A stretch of 64,000 nucleotides of DNA from Alphaproteobacteria bacterium SS10 (lineage in GTDB: Bacteria; Pseudomonadota; Alphaproteobacteria; TMED2): the NCBI GenBank assembly GCA_019192455.1, contig JAHCML010000006.1, positions 25 through 64,024 of the forward strand, in the 5' to 3' direction. The notes beneath the pieces are model-generated. The model worked only from the letters and a program-made list of their open reading frames with translations. It was not told the DNA's origin and made no database searches. This document shows, piece by piece, positions 29,078-37,211 of the stretch (its first letter is position 1; each line of letters starts with the position of its first letter). A program made the position numbers and the translations under genes.

Positions 29078-30562
29078 TTAATCCAGCAGATAGCCAGGGG
29101 CATCGGTGGCGGCAGGGCCATCGAGACCGGTTAGTGCCTCATCGCCATAGACGGTCTTCAACCGGTCCATCATTCCAAGCTCAACGGAAGTGCTCCGTGG
29201 CGCGCTGGCGACCGGCTGCGCAATGCCATTGCGGTACGGCTTCACCAAGATCGGGGTGACCATGATCACCACCTCGGACTCATTGCGAGAGAACGCATCA
29301 GAGCGGGCAAGCTGGCCCAGCACCGGCACGTCTTTAATGCCCGGCAGACCACTCGCGTTCTTCACCCCCTCTGATTGGATCAGGCCAGCAATCATCAGGC
29401 TGCCACCGCTACCCATCTCAACCACCGTCTCAGCACGGTTTACGGTGAGTGAAGGAACTGTGGTGCCTGCCAGAACAATGGCGGCCTCATTACTAAGCGC
29501 TGATACCTCGGTGCCGAGGCGCAGTGAGATGCGGTCCTCGCTCAACACCGTCGGGGTGAAGGCAAGGGAGACACCAAAGGGCCGGAATTGAATGGTGACC
29601 CCGTCATCATCGGAATCAATCGGGATCGGGAACTCACCACCAACCAGGAACTGCGCCGTCTCGCCGGTGATCGCCGTCAGGTTTGGTTCTGCCAGCACCT
29701 GGATCAGGCCATCCTGCTCCAGGGCATTGATGATGAGGGATAGCGGGCCAAAGCCACCGGGTGAGAACAGCAACTGGCCAATACCAAACGGCGTGGCGGA
29801 CAGGCCGACCGCGGGCAGTGCGTTAAACAGGAAATCGACTGAGTTGTTTGGATCTAGGCCGTCACCAAAGTTCAGCTCAGTGCCCAACTCATAGATCGCC
29901 TCACGGCTCAACTCGACAATCCGGACCCGCAGCAGGACCTGCAGCTCACCAGCAACATCCATCATGTCGACGACATTCTCATCCGCCGTCACGAACCGGC
30001 GGGCAACCCGACGAACACGATCTGCAGCGGCGGGGGAGCTAACACTGCCCGCCAGGATCACATCGCCATTTACCGTACTAATCTCAAGCTCACGCTCTTG
30101 CGGCACGAGGCGTTGCATCGTGTTGTTGAGGGTAAGCTCATCAATCCGCACATGGATCTCAAGCCGGGTGATGATCTCCCCATCCGGGTCAAAGACGAAG
30201 ACGGTGGTGTTGCCCAGCTGACGACCCAACAGATAGATGCGACGAGGGGACGGCACACGGGCATCGGCGATGGCGCTGTCACCGACCAATATCTCGCCAG
30301 CATCGCGAGACAGCTGAATGACTTCGGCCTTGCCAAAGGTCAGCTCAATCGTTCGGAAATCGCGCGAGCCCTTGGCGAAATTGGCTGCGTGGCTATCACC
30401 AACCAGGGCGAAGAGTAGGAAGGCCAGCGCCAGAAACCCGACGGCATAGCCAAGGCCACGATGAACCCGGCGCCAGATTGTTGTGAGCGCATGATCATGC
30501 ATCAATGAAGGATCGATATGCAGGATCTCTAACCTGTTTCCCATCGCCTGTTGGTTCTGCAT
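29078..30562 (-). CDS. cpaC: CpaC secretin (type II/III secretion system secretin family)
   Basis: 494 aa with signal/TM N-terminus. A secretin C-domain pattern is present (…GGFGPLSLIINALEQDGLIQVLAEPNLTAI…VPVLGQL…). Confidence 0.9.
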   Translation of the reverse strand: MQNQQAMGNRLEILHIDPSLMHDHALTTIWRRVHRGLGYAVGFLALAFLLFALVGDSHAANFAKGSRDFRTIELTFGKAEVIQLSRDAGEILVGDSAIADARVPSPRRIYLLGRQLGNTTVFVFDPDGEIITRLEIHVRIDELTLNNTMQRLVPQERELEISTVNGDVILAGSVSSPAAADRVRRVARRFVTADENVVDMMDVAGELQVLLRVRIVELSREAIYELGTELNFGDGLDPNNSVDFLFNALPAVGLSATPFGIGQLLFSPGGFGPLSLIINALEQDGLIQVLAEPNLTAITGETAQFLVGGEFPIPIDSDDDGVTIQFRPFGVSLAFTPTVLSEDRISLRLGTEVSALSNEAAIVLAGTTVPSLTVNRAETVVEMGSGGSLMIAGLIQSEGVKNASGLPGIKDVPVLGQLARSDAFSRNESEVVIMVTPILVKPYRNGIAQPVASAPRSTSVELGMMDRLKTVYGDEALTGLDGPAATDAPGYLLD

Positions 30563-30610
30563 TAGCCGCCTTCCCTTCTTCCCCTAAAACTTACTACCGA
30601 TCAGTACCGC

Positions 30611-31504
30611 TCAATTGGTCAGCCGGACCCGCTGAACTGAGGATCCGTGATAGACCCGCACCGATGGCCCCGTGCCCGCAGACACGTAATCCTCACCGCC
30701 TGCCTCGGCTAAAGCGTTCAACCGCGCAGCCTGGGTTGCAGCTTGCAACGCTTTGGCAATACCGATGTCAGACGTGAACTTTTGACTATCTGGCCGACCG
30801 GCATCGAGGACCTGATCCGCGCTCAACGCCCGCAAGGACAGGCTTAGATCGCCCATCTGCTGTGCCAGGGTTAGCTTCTCCGCCTGCTCCTGGGTGACTG
30901 CAACGGTGACAGAGCGCGCTGGCGCTGCATCCCGGCTATCCGTCACCACCTGATCAACGGCGAGGATGCGAATGCGCTCCAGGACAGTTTCAGAGGCATG
31001 GCGGGCAACAACGGTCTGTGCGGCTTGACGATCTTCACGGTCACCTTCAATGCGCACACTGTAGGTCATCAGGACATCAACGAAGTCACCCGGGCGGACA
31101 AAACCACCGGCTGAGGTTGTAACGGAGACAGGGATGCTGATGGCACGCTGATTGGGCTCCAACGTAGCGGCCAGGAAACCAGCATCCTTATCCTTGGAGA
31201 CCAGCATGCTGGGGAAGATTGGCTCCCCCTCCAATACGGAACGGCGGAGGCGCATATTCTCAAGATTATCGACAATCTCATCACCCTTCCGGATTGCATG
31301 GCGTGGCACCAGCTCAGCCGGCCAATCCTCCCAGGTGAAATCTCCCGTGCCGAGGCCGGCGCCTGTACCCAGATTCTCATCGGCGATCATCACCGGGACC
31401 TTGGGCAGTTCAGCGGGGGCTTCCTCGCCGCTATTGCCGAGGGCCAGAACAATCATGCCAACACCGGTGCCAATTCCGATCAGTAGTGCCATGCCACGAC
31501 GCAT
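30611..31504 (-). CDS. cpaB: Flp pilus assembly protein CpaB
   Basis: 297 aa with an N-terminal TM segment. The SAF/RcpC-like pattern is present. Operon position supports the call. Confidence 0.85.
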   Translation of the reverse strand: MRRGMALLIGIGTGVGMIVLALGNSGEEAPAELPKVPVMIADENLGTGAGLGTGDFTWEDWPAELVPRHAIRKGDEIVDNLENMRLRRSVLEGEPIFPSMLVSKDKDAGFLAATLEPNQRAISIPVSVTTSAGGFVRPGDFVDVLMTYSVRIEGDREDRQAAQTVVARHASETVLERIRILAVDQVVTDSRDAAPARSVTVAVTQEQAEKLTLAQQMGDLSLSLRALSADQVLDAGRPDSQKFTSDIGIAKALQAATQAARLNALAEAGGEDYVSAGTGPSVRVYHGSSVQRVRLTN

Positions 31505-31517
31505 CGTTGCTCCTCCG

Positions 31518-32024
31518 TCAGCTCAATAGGGTCAAAATGTTTGGGATGGTCATGGCCAGCGCGCCAGCGGCGATCGCCACACCATAGGGAACGCGCCGCA
31601 TGCCAAAGCGGAAGCCGCCATCAATACCCACACCTTCCAGCCAAACCGGCAGCGGGCGGGTAGCGGATAGCAGAACAACAACTGAGAGAACGCCGCCGGC
31701 AATTGCCATCGCGATAACAAATGGCAGCGCCAAGGTTGGACCAAATAGCAGCATCAAGGCACTGATCAGCTTGCCGTCACCAGCACCCAGCCAGGTGCGT
31801 GTGAACATGAAAAAGCACACTAAGAAGGCTGCCGCCGCAACGCCGAGATGGCCGATCACCGCTCCCATTGGAATAACCCCGGTGATAACAGCCAGCGGAA
31901 ACAGGCCAGCGGTTAGCATCACCAAGCGGTTGGGAATTCGGAAGCCGCTAATGTCGTACCAGGCAGCCGCTACTACGGCAGCGCTGATCAGCAGGCTAAT
32001 GGCAATCGGAAACAATTCCGGCAT
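31518..32024 (-). CDS. cpaA: Prepilin peptidase CpaA/TadV (A24 family, short form)
   Basis: 169-aa polytopic membrane protein. The track start 32027 is TTG. The ATG is at 32022-32024. It lies immediately downstream of flp. Confidence 0.85.
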   Translation of the reverse strand: MPELFPIAISLLISAAVVAAAWYDISGFRIPNRLVMLTAGLFPLAVITGVIPMGAVIGHLGVAAAAFLVCFFMFTRTWLGAGDGKLISALMLLFGPTLALPFVIAMAIAGGVLSVVVLLSATRPLPVWLEGVGIDGGFRFGMRRVPYGVAIAAGALAMTIPNILTLLS

Positions 32025-32078
32025 CAATCAAGAACTCGCAAAGGTTGTTCGGTGGCTATTCGCAAATCTGGAAACTAG

Positions 32079-32110
32079 AAGCCCGGGCCCCTGAAGCAGG
32101 CGACCCGGGC
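32079..32110 (-). terminator. Hairpin (candidate attenuator/partial terminator) between flp pilin gene and cpaA
   Basis: gcccggg(c)cctg-aag-cagg(cga)cccgggc imperfect GC-rich hairpin. On the minus strand it is followed by the U-rich 'ttctagtttccagatttg'. Confidence 0.4.
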
Positions 32111-32146
32111 CAATAGTGTGGTCGTTAAACCGTTTGGGTGATGGGC

Positions 32147-32353
32147 TTAGGTGCCATCACCACCGCCGCCGCCACCGCCGCCAGCTTGGGCGCCTTGGAC
32201 TTCTTCAGCGATACCGGTGAATGTCTCTTCGAGGGCCGGGCCAAGTAGCTGCAAGCCGCCGAGAACGGCCAATGACACCAGCGCCACAATTAGTCCGTAT
32301 TCAATTGCTGTGGCACCATCTTCTTGTGCCAAAAACTGTCTTAATGACGTCAT
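32147..32353 (-). CDS. flp: Flp/Fap family type IVb pilin with C-terminal poly-Gly tail
   Basis: 68 aa. Flp motif 'G|ATAIEYGLIVALVSLAVL' is present. The C-terminus is '…AQAGGGGGGGGDGT', encoded by a (GGC/GGT)8 repeat at 32157-32183. Confidence 0.85.
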   Translation of the reverse strand: MTSLRQFLAQEDGATAIEYGLIVALVSLAVLGGLQLLGPALEETFTGIAEEVQGAQAGGGGGGGGDGT

Positions 32354-32560
32354 TTACTTTCTCCACACATGTCATGCAGGGGGCTCTGCTTCGAGGCTCT
32401 TATGCATTTGCTGCCGACCTCATGAACACAGGTAACCATTGTTTAATGGGATCGCCAAATATTTTTATTTTTTGAGTATTTACCGGTTTTTTTATATTTT
32501 TTATTTTGTGAATAATTTGAAATAAATCGATCTATAACCGTCATTATTTATCTAGCGCGC
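32354..32560 (-). promoter_or_regulatory. AT-rich promoter island upstream of flp containing a CtrA-like box
   Basis: This is the only strongly AT-rich stretch in the window (32455-32550, multiple T/A runs). On the gene strand, TTAA-acaatgg-TTACC (32446..32431) differs by one base from the CtrA consensus TTAA-N7-TTAAC. It lies ~80-95 nt upstream of the flp ATG. Confidence 0.4.
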
Positions 32561-32647
32561 ACAGAAAAGTGGCGGCGAAACCAAGGGCTTAGCCGGTGGA
32601 ACAAACAAGTTTATTGAAATTGGATGGAGTGCGGTGACGCCGCTGGC

Positions 32648-33361
32648 TCAGCGTTCGGTGTTACCGCTGGCATCACCAAGGCCACCAGCGCTCGGGTTCA
32701 TCCCGGCTTGTGGGGCTGGTGCCACTTGTGGCTGGGCACGCGACATGGCGGCCGCACTAACCCGTTGGAACGCGGCAACCCGCTTATCAATCGCGACCGA
32801 GGGACCGGCATCAAGTGCGGCCTCATATGGGACCTGCCGGATACCAGCTGACATCGCCTGCTTCATATCGCGGACAGCGGCGATGGTTTTGTTAAGCGCC
32901 TGCTCAAGGTGTTTACCTTGCTTCTCGCGCTTTTTAACTTCCTTACCAGCTTCACCGATCGCCTTCTTGACCTGTTTGGCGGCATTCTTGAAGCCATTGT
33001 CTTTTCGAAGGCTGTTCCAAATACCGAATAGCTGCTCTCGGCTGTTCCAAAGCGCCTCATCCTCGGCAGAGGCAGCGCCCTTCTTCTTCCGGCGTTTCTT
33101 CGGCTGGCCGGTTTCCAAATCCTCTGGCTTTGCCTCCCCATCCCGCACGCGGTCAAAGCGGTCTTCTGCTTCCTGGAGCTGACCCTCAGACCAAATCTTT
33201 GCCAAACGATGGGGATTGGACAGGCGGCGATCGGCACGGCGACCGACATAGCTTAACTGGTCTTGGTTCCTATCAGCCTCACGCTGAATCTCGCCAACCA
33301 GACGGGTGGCTTCCTCAACCACCTTATAAAGCTCGATATTCTTGCCTTGAGGTTTCGCCAT
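32648..33361 (-). CDS. Hypothetical highly charged protein (Lys/Arg/Glu-rich, KKRRKKKG patch)
   Basis: 237 aa with ATG at 33359-33361. No recognisable domain. It lies immediately upstream of the flp promoter and downstream of a radical SAM gene. Confidence 0.5.
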   Translation of the reverse strand: MAKPQGKNIELYKVVEEATRLVGEIQREADRNQDQLSYVGRRADRRLSNPHRLAKIWSEGQLQEAEDRFDRVRDGEAKPEDLETGQPKKRRKKKGAASAEDEALWNSREQLFGIWNSLRKDNGFKNAAKQVKKAIGEAGKEVKKREKQGKHLEQALNKTIAAVRDMKQAMSAGIRQVPYEAALDAGPSVAIDKRVAAFQRVSAAAMSRAQPQVAPAPQAGMNPSAGGLGDASGNTER

Positions 33362-33386
33362 AACCGGGCACCACGCCTAACTACCG

Positions 33387-34637
33387 TTAATAGAGAACGG
33401 GCGCCGCATCACCGGTAATGGCGCGAATGCGGGGCTGATTCTCTAGCACCCAGTTAACGTAACGGCTGGCGCCGAAACAATCATCATCGGCGCGATTATC
33501 CTTCCAAAACTCCATGATGCATTTGTCGCTGTGGTCGCACTCCATGCATTCAGGGTTCTGGTTACGCAGCACTTGCCGGCGCAGGTAACGACGGCGCGCT
33601 GGTGAGGTCAGGATCTCTTCAAAGTCCTGCTCAAAAATATTGCCAAACTCGCGCATGAACTCTTTCCAGCCATCGCGGTAGTCCGGCAGGACAAAGTCGC
33701 CATTGGGCAGCAGGAACAGCGTCTGGCCAGCGATATTGGCCAAATGCGGTGTCTCGGCCTGGTGGGCGATGAAGCGCATCTGCCCGATCTCTGGCGCCGG
33801 CACGCCATCCTTGCGCAGCTTCAGCCAGTACTCGGACAGCCCGATCATGAAGTCGCTGTATTCATTCATGCGCGGAGCAAAATCACCGTAAGCGCCCGTG
33901 GAGTTCTGATCATTCCACATGAAGGGAAGCCAACTGGTTTCCGCCACACCGATATCGGTGAGGTAATCCAGGGTTTCTTCCGGCCCCTGATCAATTAGCT
34001 CACGGTTAACAACGCTGATCGTTGAGAGGCGTAGACCGGAATTCACAACCGCGCGGGATCGTTCATCCCATTTGCGCATATAGCCCTTACCGCGCATAAG
34101 GCCGTCGTAAGAGCTTTGAACCTCGCCCTCACCATAACGGTCAAAGAGGGCAAACCAATCATCCTTCACCCCAACCAGGGCAGTCAGAACGGTATGCTTG
34201 GTCCGATATCCTTCAGCTTCTGAGAAGACGCCATTGATCGCGTCAGCCGCACTGGTGAAATAATCCTGGCCCATAGAGGTCGGCTCACCGCCATACCAAT
34301 AGCCCACCACGGTTTTCTGGGCGATCTGCTGGTCACGGTAGTATTTATCGACCTTCTCACAGGTCATCCGCAGGTTCTCGACCGTCATCACGGTCTTATC
34401 CTTGCGTTGCTCAAGGCTGAGGTAGCAATGCGGACAGCGGAGCTTACAAAACAAGCTCGGCATCAGCGTGAAGATGAAGTAACCCTGCTCAATACTCACC
34501 AATTGGCGTTGATCGCCGGTCCCGCTTAAGGGGGATGGCGCGACGCCAGGCATGGGCTGGGGCGTGTTTAAGCCAGTTTCAGCAAGGAAAGGGCTATTGC
34601 TTAGCTGTGGGGTTGGTCCACCAAACGACACTGTCAT
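33387..34637 (-). CDS. Radical SAM/SPASM domain protein (anSME/peptide-maturase-like), paralog 4
   Basis: 416 aa. 'CKLRCPHCY' = CX3CX2C at residue ~64. C-terminal Cys cluster 'NPECMECDHSDKC…DDDC' is consistent with SPASM/twitch auxiliary Fe-S clusters. Confidence 0.85.
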   Translation of the reverse strand: MTVSFGGPTPQLSNSPFLAETGLNTPQPMPGVAPSPLSGTGDQRQLVSIEQGYFIFTLMPSLFCKLRCPHCYLSLEQRKDKTVMTVENLRMTCEKVDKYYRDQQIAQKTVVGYWYGGEPTSMGQDYFTSAADAINGVFSEAEGYRTKHTVLTALVGVKDDWFALFDRYGEGEVQSSYDGLMRGKGYMRKWDERSRAVVNSGLRLSTISVVNRELIDQGPEETLDYLTDIGVAETSWLPFMWNDQNSTGAYGDFAPRMNEYSDFMIGLSEYWLKLRKDGVPAPEIGQMRFIAHQAETPHLANIAGQTLFLLPNGDFVLPDYRDGWKEFMREFGNIFEQDFEEILTSPARRRYLRRQVLRNQNPECMECDHSDKCIMEFWKDNRADDDCFGASRYVNWVLENQPRIRAITGDAAPVLY

Positions 34638-34654
34638 GTCAGACCGGTCACCCG

Positions 34655-35368
34655 TTAAGCAGGTTGCTGATCGGTTTCGCCACCGTCAGCGGGTCCACCA
34701 TTACCCGAGTACTGATCGACCAGATCTTTCGCACAGGTTTTGGTGAATTCGTGGATTTGAGCGGTCATACGGCGCGCAAACGCCTTGAACTCTGCCTCAC
34801 CACCGAAGATGGCATAGATGTCCGCACGCAAACGATCCTTAAACGCGATCGTAAAGTCGGCATCTGACAGCGCCGACAGCCGTTGCAGGATATACGGGTC
34901 ACTCACCTCAAACTCATGATCGTCGCCGAGCAAGGTTTCGACGAAGAGATACTCGATGAAGTTCGTAACCGGCGCGAGGAACTGGCCAAAGTTGCTTTGA
35001 CCAAAATAAACCTCAGCGAATGCTTTCAATCGTTCGAAATAGGCCTGGTCTGCCTCGTCGCTGCGTTCTACCGGCGGCAGTAGAGAGAGGGAAAAGCCGG
35101 CATTAGCGGCGACGGAGACCATGTATTTCGGATCGATATCTGACTGCTCTGCTGGGATTTCCAGCACAACCTCAACGCCTGCGAGACCATAAGAGATGAT
35201 GACATCCATCAAGGTTTCGTCGATATCCCCATCCTCACCTTTGAAGATCAGGGAGATATGCTTGAGGTCAGCCGGTGGCGAGAAACTATCAACGTCAACC
35301 TCAACACCGTAGTGGAAAGGCTGGGCCGACAACTCCGCGTTATCGACAATCTCACTGAGAGCAGTCAT
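34655..35368 (-). CDS. Hypothetical acidic protein (possible partner/chaperone of the radical SAM system)
   Basis: 237 aa, rich in Asp/Glu (pI clearly acidic). No recognisable motif. ATG at 35366-35368. It is sandwiched between the precursor candidate and radical SAM paralog 4. Confidence 0.55.
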   Translation of the reverse strand: MTALSEIVDNAELSAQPFHYGVEVDVDSFSPPADLKHISLIFKGEDGDIDETLMDVIISYGLAGVEVVLEIPAEQSDIDPKYMVSVAANAGFSLSLLPPVERSDEADQAYFERLKAFAEVYFGQSNFGQFLAPVTNFIEYLFVETLLGDDHEFEVSDPYILQRLSALSDADFTIAFKDRLRADIYAIFGGEAEFKAFARRMTAQIHEFTKTCAKDLVDQYSGNGGPADGGETDQQPA

Positions 35369-35405
35369 TCAGCAATCACCAAACAAATAGAATGATGGTT
35401 ACGCG

Positions 35406-35933
35406 TTAGCGCCAACCGCGAGAGCCGTGGCAAGCACCGTGGCACGCACTGTGGCAGTTGCTGTAGCAGCTAAAGCTGTTGATCGTGCCCGACTGGCTCA
35501 ATAGACCACCCGTCGCACCGCCGCCGCCGCCGAGGACCGCATCACCACCGCCAGTCACCTGGCCGCCGACACCACTCTCATTCTGCGCGACCTGCCACTC
35601 ACCAATCGACTTGCCGTCGAAATACTCGTCGGCGATGGACTTGCCGTCGAAGGTTAGGTTGCTGGTGAAGATGTCCAAGCTTTCGCTGACCGCTTCACGA
35701 ACGCTGCGCTTGCTGACAGCGCTAGCAATGGCACGGTCAAGCTCATCGGACACGCCCGTGTCCGTGCTGACTTCAACAGCCTCATAGCTGGCCGCATGCG
35801 CAATAGCGCTGGTGGCGATTAGGGCCAAAGAGGTCGAAACGGCGACCGGGCCAACCTTAATGGCTGACTTCTTGGCTGTGCTGCTATCACCCGAACCATT
35901 GGATGGGTTTGGCATCTGGATATCGTCTGGCAT
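35406..35933 (-). CDS. Candidate modified-peptide/protein precursor: signal-peptide-like N-region, duplicated FDGKSI(A/G)(D/E) motif, Gly-rich linker and C-terminal Cys/His-rich tail
   Basis: 175 aa. Strong SD 'agagggggg' sits 6 nt before the ATG at 35931-35933. Hydrophobic segment 'VGPVAVSTSLALIATSAIAHA|AS' is signal-peptide-like. 'LTFDGKSIADEYFDGKSIGEW' is a duplicated motif. The C-terminus is 'GGGGGATGGLLSQSGTINSFSCYSNCHSACHGACHGSRGWR'. An AT-rich intergenic region with promoter-like elements lies upstream. Confidence 0.6.
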   Translation of the reverse strand: MPDDIQMPNPSNGSGDSSTAKKSAIKVGPVAVSTSLALIATSAIAHAASYEAVEVSTDTGVSDELDRAIASAVSKRSVREAVSESLDIFTSNLTFDGKSIADEYFDGKSIGEWQVAQNESGVGGQVTGGGDAVLGGGGGATGGLLSQSGTINSFSCYSNCHSACHGACHGSRGWR

Positions 35934-36095
35934 TGTGCCCCCCCTCTAGAACTGCCTTACATCATCCGAACAGCAAAAAACGACCAAAATCCGGATGGAT
36001 TAAAACTAACTACCACCAACAATACACGATTTATAAATATCTCGCACGAAATTACCTGATCACAAATACGCGCTTTGAGGCATTTTGCGGCGGTT

Positions 36096-37211
36096 TTAGG
36101 CTACATCTTCGTGTGATGGCGCTGCGACCAAATCCCAGGTCTGCTGGAACAAACGCTGCCCACCTGAGCACTCACCGGACCCATCATCGTAAAGGCTCGC
36201 CAAACAGCCAGAGGAGCAAACCTTACGGAACTGGCAGGTTTGGCAGTCCCATTGGCGCTCTGCCCGCGCTTGCTCATAGTCACCAAAGGCAAGTATTTCG
36301 GTCGCGCGCTTATTATCGATCTCAGACGTAACGGCAGTACAACCGGCCTTGTAGCCATTAGCATCGATCGTGTGGAACTTAGTGTCGCAACTACCAGACC
36401 AACAGCCATAGCCCCCGGCTTCACCGGCCTGAAGACGATTAATGCTCTGAATCAGACCATCTAGCGGCGAGACATGTAGACGATCGCTCGCCTCCACTTG
36501 TTCGCGCGTCTCACAATAGCGCCAATAGGCCCGCATAAAGCGGTTCATCGCGGCGCTGTATTCAGCATTATTCAGGCCAACGCGGTCCCAGTTCTCTCGC
36601 GCGTAGCCGGTTTTGGTGACACGCTCGAGATGTACACGGCGTACACCTCGCTCTTCCATCATCTGGAAGAACCGATAAGGGTCGCGGAAATGCTCAACAA
36701 AGGTACGGGTAAAAGTCACGACCATATAGGGGTCGAGGCCATCAGCTAGCAGCCGCTCAAAATTATTCCAGAACCGAGATTCATAAACCTCGTTGGATTG
36801 CCGATCATTGGCGCGTAACAGCCGAATTTTGGGGTCCCAAGACACCCCAACCTCGCCGCCAAAGTACTTCTTGTAAACCGGGATCCAAGGATCGCCATAG
36901 GTCATCAGGTTGGTCTGGATACCGTGCTGCCATTGATAGTCGCCACCAGCGGCCTCAACCGTATCAATCGCTTCCGCAAGCCATTCAGCACCGAAGATTG
37001 TCGGCTCACCACCATGCCATTGCAGCAGGATATTCGAGCCCTTCGGTGCGAACTTGGTCAGCTGCTCTGGGATCGCGGCCAGATCATCCTTACCCATCTT
37101 CTTGGGGTTGGAAGGAATAAAGCAGTGCTCGCAATGAAGATTGCAGCCCTCAAAAACCCGAACGTAAACCAGGTGGTCAAAGGCTGGGGCGAAAGGCAAA
37201 CGTCCACTCAT
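36096..37211 (-). CDS. Radical SAM/SPASM domain protein, paralog 1
   Basis: 371 aa. 'CNLHCEHCF' = CX3CX2C at residue ~23. C-terminal 'GCWSGSCD…GYKAGC…CQTCQFRKVCSSGC' is SPASM-type. Confidence 0.85.
   Translation of the reverse strand: MSGRLPFAPAFDHLVYVRVFEGCNLHCEHCFIPSNPKKMGKDDLAAIPEQLTKFAPKGSNILLQWHGGEPTIFGAEWLAEAIDTVEAAGGDYQWQHGIQTNLMTYGDPWIPVYKKYFGGEVGVSWDPKIRLLRANDRQSNEVYESRFWNNFERLLADGLDPYMVVTFTRTFVEHFRDPYRFFQMMEERGVRRVHLERVTKTGYARENWDRVGLNNAEYSAAMNRFMRAYWRYCETREQVEASDRLHVSPLDGLIQSINRLQAGEAGGYGCWSGSCDTKFHTIDANGYKAGCTAVTSEIDNKRATEILAFGDYEQARAERQWDCQTCQFRKVCSSGCLASLYDDGSGECSGGQRLFQQTWDLVAAPSHEDVA

Noticed and set aside
35406-35933. Assignment of the Cys-rich protein to the His-Xaa-Ser (Hxs), SCIFF or sulfatase (CxPxR) substrate classes
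   Set aside because: The tail is C-H-(S/G)-A repeats, not HxS repeats. There is no six-Cys-in-45 pattern and no C/S-x-P-x-R motif. The class is left open.
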